A stretch of DNA of 64,000 bases from Octopus vulgaris (taxonomy: Eukaryota), in contig OX597820.1 in assembly GCA_951406725.2 (NCBI GenBank), positions 111,848,001-111,912,000 of the forward strand. The letters run 5' to 3'. The first letter of the stretch is position 1, and each line of letters begins with the position of its first letter. This document shows positions 14,150-25,369 of this stretch, piece after piece. The notes under the pieces were generated by a model, which saw only the letters and a program-made list of their open reading frames with translations, had not been told where the DNA came from and ran no database searches. The position numbers were made by a program, and so were the translations under genes.

Positions 14150-15392
14150 TGTTGAGAACAAGGGATTTCAAAATACTCATATTGCTCAAAAACTGCCAAA
14201 AGACATTGATGTAAAAATTCATAATTTTGCAAAGTTTGTTCTGAAGGACCATAAAATGTTTGAGTTCTTCCTAGAAAATACTGGAAACATGGATGAAACT
14301 CCCATGTATTTCAATATCCTGGGAAACACTACTGTAGACAAAGTGGGAAACAGAACAGTTACAGTAGAAACTACAGGGCATGAGAAACAACATTTTACTG
14401 TATTGCTAGCCTGTGAAGCCGAGAGAAAAAACTTTGTCCAATGATTATCTTCAAAAGGAAGAATATGCTGATTGATTCCTTTCCACCAGATGTTATTGTG
14501 AAAGTACATCCTAAGGGATGAATAGAGGAAAACTTAACAAATGTTTGGTTGGATGAAGTCTTCTAGTATGAGAATGTTTAACTCATTGCTGTGAGTCCTT
14601 GAAGACTAAGTTGAAGGAATATCAAAGAAGACAAGCAGTCATTCCTGGTGGTTACATCTCTCTTTTGCAACCACTTGATGTTTCAGTAAATAAGTCTTTC
14701 AAGACTTACATTTGAAAATTGTGTACATCTTGGATGATATCTGGTGAAAAGGAATTGACTAAAGGTAGGTTGTTGAAAAGACCTGGATTGAACTTAGTAT
14801 CTGGTATCTCAAATGCAATGGATAGCACTGAAGATGATGTGATATGTGAGGGCTTGGTTGGATCAAGCATGGAAGAGATGGAGAATGAGGATGGAGATGG
14901 ACATACCATAACCGATGATGAGCTAAATGACTACTGTGACATGGCCATTGATGACTAGACAGTAACTGATGAACAAATGAAAAAAATGTTTGACTCTGAT
15001 GATGATGAAGAAGAATTTTTGGGTTTTAATCTTGATGCAGTTTAATAACTATATCTAAATGAATAAACACTTTCCTTATGTAACTTTTTTTCTGTTCCAT
15101 TTGTAATTCTAGATGTATTTCTTGTCAAGTTGATATTAGACTACAAAGTTAATTTATCAATTAGACTTCTTTCATAAAGTCACTTCCGCAAAAATGAATA
15201 TCAAACAAGACAAGCAAAGTTTTGAATAAAGGTGAATATTTGATAATATTTCACAAATATTAGTGATATTTACATTAAAAGGGGCCATGTAACTCCCTAG
15301 ATTATAGTGTGACCTGTCTGCGAGTCAACCGCAAATACCTACCTTGACAACCCAAAGCTAAGGGTGCAACCTATCTGCAAGTATATACAGTA
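14150..15392 (+). mobile_element. pogo/Tigger-like (DDE_1) transposon remnant
   Basis: GNMDETPMYF, TTGHEKQHFTVLLAC, LQPLDVSVNKSFK, acidic C-terminal tail; right end gtatatacagta. Confidence 0.82.
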
Positions 15393-15989
15393 CATTTAAT
15401 AATATCCATCTTTGCTTTTCCCTGTCACATCAACATGATCAGTTGACCTGTTAGATATAGCAGCTAACTCACATTTAAACATTTAAATTACTGTTATTGT
15501 CTTATAATATTCACAGTGCACAACAGCTTGTAACTGAGTAAGACCATTTCCTAAACTCAGTAAATCTATGCAAACGTTCTGAGAGTCCAAGAAGTTTCTG
15601 TGCATAAATTTGTTTTGAGTGGATAGTGTTGCACAGCACTAAACCCGTTTTTCAGTACAATCAGATATAAAACCAGAGATGCAACAAAGATTTAGATGAC
15701 CAGAAACCAACTGCACTCAAGTTTGTTTTTTATATAGGTTTACCTTTTAGAGGAGAGTTCTAACGAGAATTAAGGATCCTTCATGCCCAGTGGTTTACAT
15801 GCTAATTAACTCATAGCTGGGACCCTAGCAGGCATTATTGATCTGGGTTAGAGTAGACATGTAAAGAGTAGTGGTTAAGCAGTGGTTCCACACTCCTTAA
15901 AACCGGGAACTCCCATACCAGAGCCCCACTACCAGATACAGTTTATGGTCATATTCAGGTCATACATACAATATATATATATATGTATA

Positions 15990-17229
15990 TACAAGGGGTG
16001 TATGAAATGGGGCTGCTAGGTAGCTGAAACAATTTTTTTCTGGTAAGTACAGTCTTTTCGGAGTATTCTTGCTCGTTTTCATGATTCTGATATTTTTATA
16101 TATTTATTCTTTTTTTGTTTCAGATTTTTGAATAAACAAGTGTCGAGGTTACAAGGAAAATGGAGAAAACTGAGTACCGTGCTGTCATAAAATACCTTCA
16201 TTTGAAAGGCATGACTCCATCAGAAATCCATGAAGATATCGTGAGAACCTTAACAGACAATGCTCCTTCATTTGAAACAGTCAAATGCTGGGTAAATGAA
16301 TTCCAGCATGGCAGGGAGAGTGTGGAAGATGATCCCACACCAGGGAGGCCTCCAACTGCAACCACCGAGGACAACATTGATGTTGCTTTTGGTATGATAA
16401 TGCAAGATCATCAAATATCATGTCATCAGATAGCCAAAAGACTGGGCATCTCAATTGAAAGAGCAGACAAAACAGCTTAGTTTCTCAAAGGTTTCCGTAC
16501 AGAAACGCACCAAGTGCACTTTGTCCACAAGCAATCTGTAACTGTTTGAAGCCGATGGAGAGAATTTTCTAGCTCATTTCATTACTATGGATGAAAGTTG
16601 GGTCCATCAGCCTGAAACCAAAGAACAATCAAAGCAGTGGAAGCTCACATCTTGTCCTACTCCAAAGAAGGCCAGGGTCATTCCTTCAGCTGGAAAGGTC
16701 ATGGTGTCTGTTTTTTTGGATTCTCAAGGTGTCTTGCTGATCGATTACCTTGAAAAAGGTCACACCATGACAGGGCTGTATTATTCTCAGCTACTGAAAT
16801 GCCCCCGAGAAGTAATCAAAGAAAAAAGGCCGGGAATGCTCACCAGAGGAGTCCTTTTTTCATCACAACAATGCTCCAGCCCATTCGTCAGTGGTTGCCA
16901 TAGCAACAATTCGTATTTGTGGATATGAACTTGTTCCCCATCTGCCTTATTCACCAGACTTATCCCCCTCTGACTTTCATCTATTCCCCAAAATGAAAAA
17001 AAGCCCTGGCTGATCACCATTTTGCCACTGACAATGACGTCATAGACTCTGTAGGAAGTTTCTTGGAGTCACAAACAGAAAGGTTCTTCTACGCTGGGAT
17101 AATGGCACTTTAGCACCGCTGGAAAAAGTGTTCAGCCATTGAGGGGGACTCTGTTAAAAAATAAATCATCAGAAGTCTTGTACCATGTTTTGTTCTTTTG
17201 AGGCTCAAGATTTTTCAGACACCCCTTGT
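15990..17229 (+). mobile_element. mariner transposon, near full-length, frameshifted
   Basis: MEKTEYRAVIKYL HTH, MDESWVH, AGKVMVSVFLD, YSPDLSPSDFHLF; TIRs caaggggtgtatgaaa / tttcagacaccccttg. Confidence 0.92.
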
Positions 17230-17257
17230 GTGTGTGTATATATATATATATATGCAG

Positions 17258-17448
17258 ATGGCACGTAAAAAGTACCCACTACACTCGTGGAGTGGTTGGC
17301 GTTAGGAAGGGCATCCAGCTGTAGAAACACTACCAGATCAGACTGGAGCCTGGAGCAGCCCCTGGCTCCCCAGACCCCGGTCGAACTGTCCAACCCGTGC
17401 TAGCGCGGAAAACGGACGTTAAATGATGATGATGATGATGATGATGAT
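17258..17448 (+). mobile_element. RTE 3' terminal fragment with (GAT)n tail
   Basis: Conserved RTE 3' UTR motif and gatgatgat tail. Confidence 0.8.
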
Positions 17449-17458
17449 ATATAACATA

Positions 17459-17690
17459 TACATAATAGCATAAAATACAAGTATAATTAAAGGCATAGAA
17501 GAGACCATGCCTATGCTGAAAATAGATGGCAAATCATCAAACCACTTAAAATCATCACTTTTATAGTACACACATGTTGAAATCAAGGGAGTGATGATTT
17601 TAAGTGGTTTGACGATTTAGCATCTATTTTCAGCATAGGTATGGTCTCTGCTATGCCCTTAATTATAATTGTATTTTACACTATTATGTA
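17459..17690. repeat. long imperfect hairpin (~100 bp arms, ~30 nt loop)
   Basis: aaaccacttaaaatcatcact pairs with agtgatgattttaagtggttt; pairing extends out to tacataatag / ctattatgta. Confidence 0.85.
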
Positions 17691-17954
17691 ACTCTATATA
17701 TGAATTCACCATAATAGGTCAATTTTATATGCTGTCCACTGATGAAATTGTTAATGATTTTATCCTTTATTATTATTATAATTGAATATATATATATACA
17801 AAGGGTGTATGAAATGGAGCTGCTATGATTGGAACTTCGTTATGCAACTGTCCATATCCATACGCATCACATGACCAAATAGGTACAGTTTTCTTTCTTA
17901 CACTATAATTCCTCTTATAAAGTTAACTTTTCTCTCAATACACTAGTACTCTGT

Positions 17955-18815
17955 TACACATGTACACTGACATTGCACATCCAGCAGAGCATATCAGCTT
18001 TATTCCTCTCTAGTCTTCACATGTCCTCTATATTCAGGGCCCATATCTCACAACCATTTAGCGTTGCAGTTTGTATACATGCACCATACAATCTTCATTT
18101 CACTCAGAGAGAGAGAGACTTTGGTTGTTAACAGAGGTAAAAGCTCTCTAAACTTTTTCTATCTAATCTTATTCTAACAATTACACTTTTGGTAGTCCTC
18201 CTCCACTGCTTATTAGATCATCTAGATAGCAAAGTTTATCCACTACTTCTTGAGGGCCTCTGGGACATTTAAGGAAATCAATTTCACATGTATATGTAGA
18301 CTTTATGGCTCATGTAAATTACCCACATACAAACACTACTTTCTCTGTTAACCTTCCTCTTATTCCATCCACCTCTTGTATGTCTATAGCTTGCACTAGG
18401 TACAGTGAATGGAATTCTTGCCTACATCTTTCCTACATATTGAGCAGAGCCATTTACCTGAAGAGGGTATGGTCCTGTCTAATTTCTTGCTTACTAGGAC
18501 CTTAGTCTTCACTAAGTTAACCTTAAGGCCTTTTGATTCCAGGATTTTCTTCCATGTCTGGAATTTCTTTTCTAGTTATGTTACAGATTCTGTTATGAGA
18601 GCAAAATCATCAGCATATAGTAGTTCCCATGGGTATTCAGTCTTAAGTTCCTCTGTTACGGCCTGAAGAATGATGATGAACAAGAGAGGGCTGAGGATTG
18701 AGCCTTGGGGAACTCCTTCCTGTACACTAATATTCTTCACTGAACTCATGGCTAACTCATACCTTAACATCAGAAACCCCTGTTGAAGGCCTGTACTGCT
18801 TTCACTAGCCATTTG
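17955..18815 (-). mobile_element. older RTE LINE fragment
   Basis: GVPQGSILSPLLF...WELLYADD on the minus strand. Confidence 0.85.
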
Positions 18816-19216
18816 TCAACCCCTGGCTGTTATATGTAGATCTATCAATTCATTTCAGTTTACTGAAATGAATTGATAGGTCCACATTTAATATCCAAAG
18901 GTACACCTTTTTTTTTTTTTTATTCTGATGAAATTAGACTCATGTCAAATAAATGTAAATTTAATGTACAAATTTGTAATTAAATTATTGAGTATTATTG
19001 AAATGGCATTAAGAAGCAATTTGTTAATAATAAACAATTATAAACTTGCTTATCGCCATTTTCTTTTCTTCTTTTAAATGGATATAAACTATATGCTTTA
19101 TATACACCTATTGTTTTAAGGGAATTTCATTCCCCCAAAATATTAGGTATTGAACCAGCATTTCCTTGGATGCAACCATCCCTTCGTGAGGTTAACATAT
19201 CATTTAATATATATAA

Positions 19217-22200
19217 CATCATCATCATCATCATCATTTAGCATCCGCTTTCCATGCTAGCATGGGATGGATGGTTCAACTGGGGTCTGGGAAGCCAGAA
19301 GGCTGCACCAGGCCCAGTCTGATCTGGCAATGTTTCTACGGCTGGATGCCCTTCCTAATGCCAACCACTCTGAGAATGTAGTGGGTGCTTTTTACGTGCC
19401 ACCGGCACAGGTGCCAGGCGAGTCTGGCAAACGGCCATGATTGGATTGGTGCTTTTTACGTGCCACCGGCACGGAGGCTCATCGGGGCGGCGCTGGCAAT
19501 GGCCACGTTCAGATGGTATCACAGCACTGGTATCACAGCTGCAATTTCCATTGATGTTGATCGATTTTGATTTCGATTCTGATTCTCACTTGCCTCAACA
19601 GGTCTTCACAAGTAGAGTTTGTGTCCCAAAAAGCAAAGGTATACATAAGTGGACTGGCTACATCCCAGGTAGAGGCCACAGGTTATGATCTCACTTGTCC
19701 TGCCGGGTCTTCTCACGAACAGCATACTTCCATAGGTCTCGGTCTCTAGTCATTTCCTTGGTGAGACCAAAAGTTCGAAGGTTGTGCTTCACCACCTAGT
19801 CCCAGGTTTTCCTGGGTCTACCTCTTCCACAGGTTCCCTCAACCGCTAGGGTGGGGCACTTTTTCACACAACTATCTTCATCCATTCTCGCCACATGACC
19901 ATACCAGTGCAAACGTCTCTCTTGCACACCACAACTGATGCTTCTTAGGTCCAACTTCTCTCTCAAGGTACTTACACTCTGTCGAGTATGAACACTAACA
20001 TTACACATCCATCGGAGCATACTGGCTTCATTTCTTGCGAGCTTATGCATATCTTCAGTAGTCACGGCCCATGTTTCACTGCCATGTAGCATGGCTATTC
20101 GTACACATGCGTCATACAGTCTGCCTTTTACTCTGAGCGAGAGGCCTTTTGTCACCAGCAGGGGTAAGAGCTCTCTGAACTTAGCCCAGGCTATTCTTAC
20201 TCTAGCAGTTACACTTTCAGCACACCCGCCCCCGCTACTGAGTTGGTCACCTAGGTAACAGAAGCTATCAACTATTTCTAGTTTTTCTCTCTGGAATGTG
20301 GTGGAAGTTGGTCTCTGCGCATTTTCAGTGTTTATTGCTCCTGAGTATCTGCCACATACAAAAACTATTTTCCTAGTTAGCCTTCCCTTGACATTGCTGC
20401 ATCACTTATGTGTCCATAGCTTACACTTGGTGCATCTTATAGAGTTTCTACCTATGTCTTTTCTACAGATCGAGCAGGGCCATCTACCTGAAGGCGTTTG
20501 TGATTGGTCTACCTTCCTACTTATTAGGACTTTTGTTTTAGCTAGGTTGACTCTAAGGCCCTTCGATTCTAATCCTTGCTTCCACACCTGAAACTTCTCC
20601 TCCAGATCTGATAGGACTCAGCAATTAGAGCAAGGTCATCAGCATAGAGGAGCTCCCAGGGGCATCCTGTCTTGAATCCCTCCGTTATTGCCTGGAGGAC
20701 TATGATAAATAGGAGGGGGCTGAGGACTGAACCTTGGTGGACCCCAACCTCTACCCAGAATTCTTCACTGTACTCGTTGCCAACCCTCACCTTACTAGAG
20801 GCGTCCCTGTACATGGCTCGCGCAGCTCTCACTAACCATTCATCTACCCCTAGTTTCCTCATTGATCACCAGATAAGGGATCGGGGGACCCTGTCAAAGG
20901 CTTTCTCCATGTCAACAAAAGCCAGGTACAGGGGCTTATCTTTGGCTAGGTATTTCTCCTGCAGCTGTCTTACCAGGAATATAGCATCAGTAGTACTTTT
21001 CCCTGGCACGAACCCAAACTGCATCTCATCTAAACTAACTCTCTCTCTAATTAGTTGGGCTATGACCCTCTCCGTAACCTTCATTACCTGGTCCAACAGC
21101 TTGATGCCCCTGTAGTTATTAGTATCTAGGGCGTCACCTTTACCTTTGTAGCAGTTGACTATTATGCTGCTACACCAGTCATTGGGAATGACTCCTTCGT
21201 GTATCACCTGGTTAACTATATGGGTGACTAGGCTATAGCCGACTCTACCAGATATTTTGAGCATCTCTGCAGTAATTTCTGATAGGCCGGGGGCTTTCCT
21301 TGTCTTCATGCTTGTAATTGCTTTAACTACCAAGGAACTGTCAACTCAGATAGCTGGTCCCTCTGTTGGGTCGACATTCGGCAGACTCTCTTTATCCCAT
21401 TCATTTTCTTTATTCAGCAACCTTTCATAGTGGCGTCTCCAAACCTCTCTCTTTGCATCCTCATTCAGTGCAAGTGAGCCATCATCCATGCGAACACATT
21501 TCTCTCCTACAACATCACGATTCTTGCAACACGAAATACCTCAAGTCTTTGGTCCTCACGGTGCAGAACATTGGCAAATATTTTCTTATCTGCTTCCCCT
21601 CTGGCTAAATAAACCTGCCTCCTAGCTTCCCTTCTGGCAGTCTGATACACTTCCCTGCTACCACCATTCTTCCAGTCCTTCCCAGCCTGTTTCTTTTGTC
21701 TAATAGCCCTGTCAACATTATTTTGGGTCTTGAGGGGACTTTGCACCAACTACAGATCTAGTCAGTGGCTCTCAGCAGGTTGTCCCTTAGAGACCTCCAG
21801 TTGTCTTCTACCCCATGTGAAGCTATATCCCCTTCTATTTCATCAAAGGCTTCAAGTAATATGTCTCTAAATCTCTGTCCATTCACAGGATCTTTAAGCT
21901 TCCAGACCCTTCTTCTCCGTGTTGGTCGTCTTCTGGTCGTCCTCTTAGTCCTGATCCTAAAGTCACTAACTATCAGTCTATGTTGTGGGGTACATTCTTC
22001 GCCTGGGAAGGTTTTGGCATTCATAAGCAGTCATCTTTCCCTTTTTCTGGCAAGGATGTAGTCGATTTGGCTGGTATGTCGGCCTGATCGGTAGGTGACT
22101 AGGTGGCTGGTAGGTTTCCTGAAGTTAGAGTTGCAAACCATAAGACTATTCGGATAGCAGAACTCCAGCAGCCTGGTTCCCTCCTCGTTGCGGGAACCAT

Positions 22201-22228
22201 AACCGTAGCCTCCATGTACGCCATGGAA
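19217..22228 (-). mobile_element. RTE LINE, long copy (end of APE endonuclease, RT, PHD-like finger, 3' UTR, (GAT)n tail), with stops and deletions
   Basis: SQIDYIL, PQHRLIV (APE), KAPG, NYRGIKLL, HQGSVLSPLLF, YADD; tail read as (cat)n at 19217-19236. Confidence 0.95.
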
Positions 22229-22257
22229 GCCCTCAGCATGGAAGCCCCTAGGTAGGT

Positions 22258-23372
22258 TGTTCATGCACGATTCACAGCAGTTACCTGGTACAAGGCCACT
22301 GCGAAACCAAAGGAGTCGTGTATCAAGCCGATGTTTGAGCAAACCCTGCCAATGCTACTGGCAGAAACAATAGTGGCCGTAGATATGATGACAGAACCAA
22401 CAACAGAGCCTTCAACACTACCACAACCACCACAGTGGACGACTTTAGTGATGTCAACAACAGCAGCACCAACAGCACCTTTAATGGCACCATCACTAAC
22501 ATTGGCCACAGGAACGTTGCCTTCAACACCAGCCCTACCAACAGCTTCCCTGATGTTCAGAGTAGCAGAGCTGCCAATGTCCACACTGGCAGGACTGATT
22601 GTAGCAGCAGTGCTAACACCAACTATATTGGCAACAACATCAGCAGCAGTGGCCCTAGCAAAAGCCCCCAACATAGGCTCAGCTAATGATGCCTCCAGCA
22701 GCAGTAGCAGCGCCTCCATAACTGGTAATGGCTATATTATTAACAATGCCACTACCAACTTCTGCCAACACCAACAGCCCCAGCTCCAGCTCCAGCAATA
22801 TCGACAGCAGCAGCAATAGCGTGGAGGCGCAATGGCCCAGTGGTTAGAGCAGCGGACTTGCAGTCTGAGGATCGCGGTTTCGATTCCCAGACCAGGCGTT
22901 GTGTGTGTTTATTGAGCGAAAACACCTAAAGCTCCATGAGGCTCCGGTAGGGGGTGGTGGCGACCCATGTTGTACTCTTTCGCCCCAACTTTCTCTCACT
23001 CTTTCTTCCTATTTCTTGTCCCCGACTTCCTACACAACCGCTGAGCCTGGATGTGCATTCAGCCATCCGTCCATGCTCTCGGTGTCAGGGGTTGACTGGT
23101 TTTCTCTTCTGCGGGTCTTACCACGTTTTGGACTTCTCCCATCTTACGAGCTCTGGGATGAAGACCGTTCGCTCAACAGCAACAGTAACAGCAGCAGCAA
23201 CAATAACAGCAACAACATCGGCGACAACATCAATAATATCAGCAGCATCAGTAACATAAACAGGTGCTTTACCGGCATTACCAACACAACCACCACCTCC
23301 AGCGGCACCAACACCAGCAGCCCCAGCTCCAACATCATCAGCATCAACATCAACAGCAGCAAGACCTGTTGA
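22258..23372 (+). mobile_element. Penelope-like element: Cys-rich linker and first (GIY-equivalent) endonuclease motif, then a long Asn/Ser/Thr-rich insert
   Basis: Frame from 22258: CSCTIHSSYLVQGHCETKGVVYQADV* matches the PLE CxC...CPxxGxC...VVYxA consensus; same frame continues into DDFSDVNNSSTNST. Confidence 0.65.
22819..23165 (+). mobile_element. tRNA-derived SINE-like insertion (family C)
   Basis: ggcgcaatggcccagtggttagagcagcggacttgcagtctgaggatcgcggtttcgattccc: A and B boxes followed by a non-tRNA body. Confidence 0.7.
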
Positions 23373-24090
23373 CCTATGACCTTTTTAAAATATAGAGGGG
23401 AAAAGTCTGGATTATCTCCTTTTGCTATTGACTTCTGGTCAGGCTGCCATCAATCAGCTATAAGGGTAAACAATGGGGGGGTAATCTCCTTCTCCCATTA
23501 GCCATCAACTTCCAGCTGTTCCCAAAAGGTCAGCAGAAATTTCCAAAAATGCAGACATGGCCCCAAAATCTCTGTTCTGGAGTTAAGTATAGCCCCTGGC
23601 TTGTGTGAGTCCCTTAGGATTCTCATGTGTTTGGCTATACATAGCTTGCAGCATTTCATCCCATTAATGTAGGGACCTAGGTTTTTGAGGATTTTCCATG
23701 AGATCGTGTATGGAACTCCGTCATCTTTTAGTTGCCAAACATAGCTGGCCAGTGATGTTACATATCTTCTTTCCAGGACTCTGAAGGAGGATCCATGGTT
23801 GGAAAAACGTTTCTTGAATGAATTTCTGGTACAACCAATATATTTCTGTGGACGCACGATGTTGGTGGTGTACCTATTATTGCTGCTGCCACTGTTGGTG
23901 CAGTTGTGGCTGCCAATATTGTTGCTGCTGCCACTGTTGATACTGTTGATGATGTTGCTTCTGCTGCTGCTGTTGATGTTGTTGTTGTTGCCAATGATCT
24001 TGCCACTGTTGATGCTGTCTTGGGATCTGAAGTTAAACCCTTTATGGATGGGAAACCCAGAGTAATCCTCTAAACCAGCCTTTACCAGGA
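23373..24090 (-). mobile_element. Penelope-like GIY-YIG endonuclease C-terminal half
   Basis: KYIGCT..FKKRFSNHGSSF...TSLASYVWQLK...WKIL...CKLC...LNSRTE...C.H..KFLL. Confidence 0.88.
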
Positions 24091-24092
24091 AA

Positions 24093-24930
24093 ATATAGCT
24101 CGGGCAAAGTTCAGAGAGCTCTTACCTCTGCTGGTGACAAAGGGCCTCTCACTCAGAGTAAAAGGTAGACTGTATGATGCATATGTACGAACAGCCATGC
24201 TACATGGCAGTGAAACATGGGCCGTGACTGCTGAGGGCATGCATAAGCTCGCAAGGAATGAAACCAGTATGCTCCGATGGGTGTGTAATGTCAGTGTGCA
24301 TATTTGAGAGAAAAGTTGGACCTAAGAAGCATCAGATGTGGTGTGCAAGAGAGACGACTGCGCTGGTATGGCCATGTGGCGAGAATGGATGAGGAAAGTT
24401 GTGTGAAAAAGTGTCACACCCTAGCGGTTGAGGGAACCTGTGGAAGAGGTAGACCCAGGAAAACCTGGGACGAGGTGGTGAAGCACGACCTTCGAACAAG
24501 GAAATGACGAGAGACCGAGACCTATGGAAGTATGCTGTGCGTGAGAAGACCCGGCAGGACAAGTGAGATCATAAATCGTGGCCTCTACCTGGGATGTAAC
24601 CAGCCCACTTATGCCTACCTTTCCTTCAGTGGACACTAAACTCTGCTTGCAAAGACCTGTTGAGGCAAGTGAAATAGAAATCAAATCAAATTCGTAGATC
24701 AAAATTAAATCTAATTCACAAATTTTTCATGCCACTGGCTTCCGTGCCAGTGACATGTAAAAGCACCCACTACACACTTGGAGTGGTTGGCGTTAAGAAC
24801 GGCATCCAGCTGTAAAAACTCTGCCAGATCAGATTGGAGCCTGGTGCAGCCATGTGGTCTGCCAGTCCTCAATCAAATCGTCCAACCCATGCTAGCATGG
24901 AAAGTGGACATTAAATGATGATGATGATGA
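24093..24930 (+). mobile_element. RTE LINE 3' fragment with (GAT)n tail
   Basis: AKFRELL...RLRWYGHV...GRPRKTW; UTR and tail. Confidence 0.9.
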
Positions 24931-24931
24931 C

Positions 24932-24972
<41 letters not shown>

Positions 24973-25188
24973 AAAAAGGAGATGTGGAACACGAGTTGTG
25001 ATATATAAAGAAAGTAAATGAAGAAAATGCTGACAAAATAATTTAAGTAAGAGAGAGTGTATTTAATTAGGTGAAAGTTCTTTTTACCGGTTGCGCATTT
25101 GTTATGCTTATCAAAAGATATTTTTTTAAGAGAGATAGAGTTCCTTTCTGATAGATTTTTTTTTCTCTGATATATATATATATATATA

Positions 25189-25340
25189 GGTATGGCTGTG
25201 TGGTAAGAAGCTTACTTCTCAACCGCATGCTTCTGGGTTCAGTCCCACCTTGGACAAGTGTCCTCTACTATAGCCTCAGGCTGACCAAAAACCTAGAGAG
25301 TGGATTTAGTAGATGGAAACTGAAGGAAGCCCATCGTATG
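25189..25340 (+). mobile_element. SINE family A 5' half
   Basis: tggctgtgtggtaagaagc...gggttcagtccc...ggaaactgaaggaagccc. Confidence 0.75.
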
Positions 25341-25369
25341 TGTGTATATTTATATATATATATATATAT

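Noticed and set aside
22261-22819. Mucin-like or signal-peptide ORFs on both strands
   Set aside because: Alternative frames of the Penelope low-complexity insert
22823-22897. tRNA gene
   Set aside because: A/B boxes are present but the acceptor stem and terminator are not, and it runs into a SINE-like body
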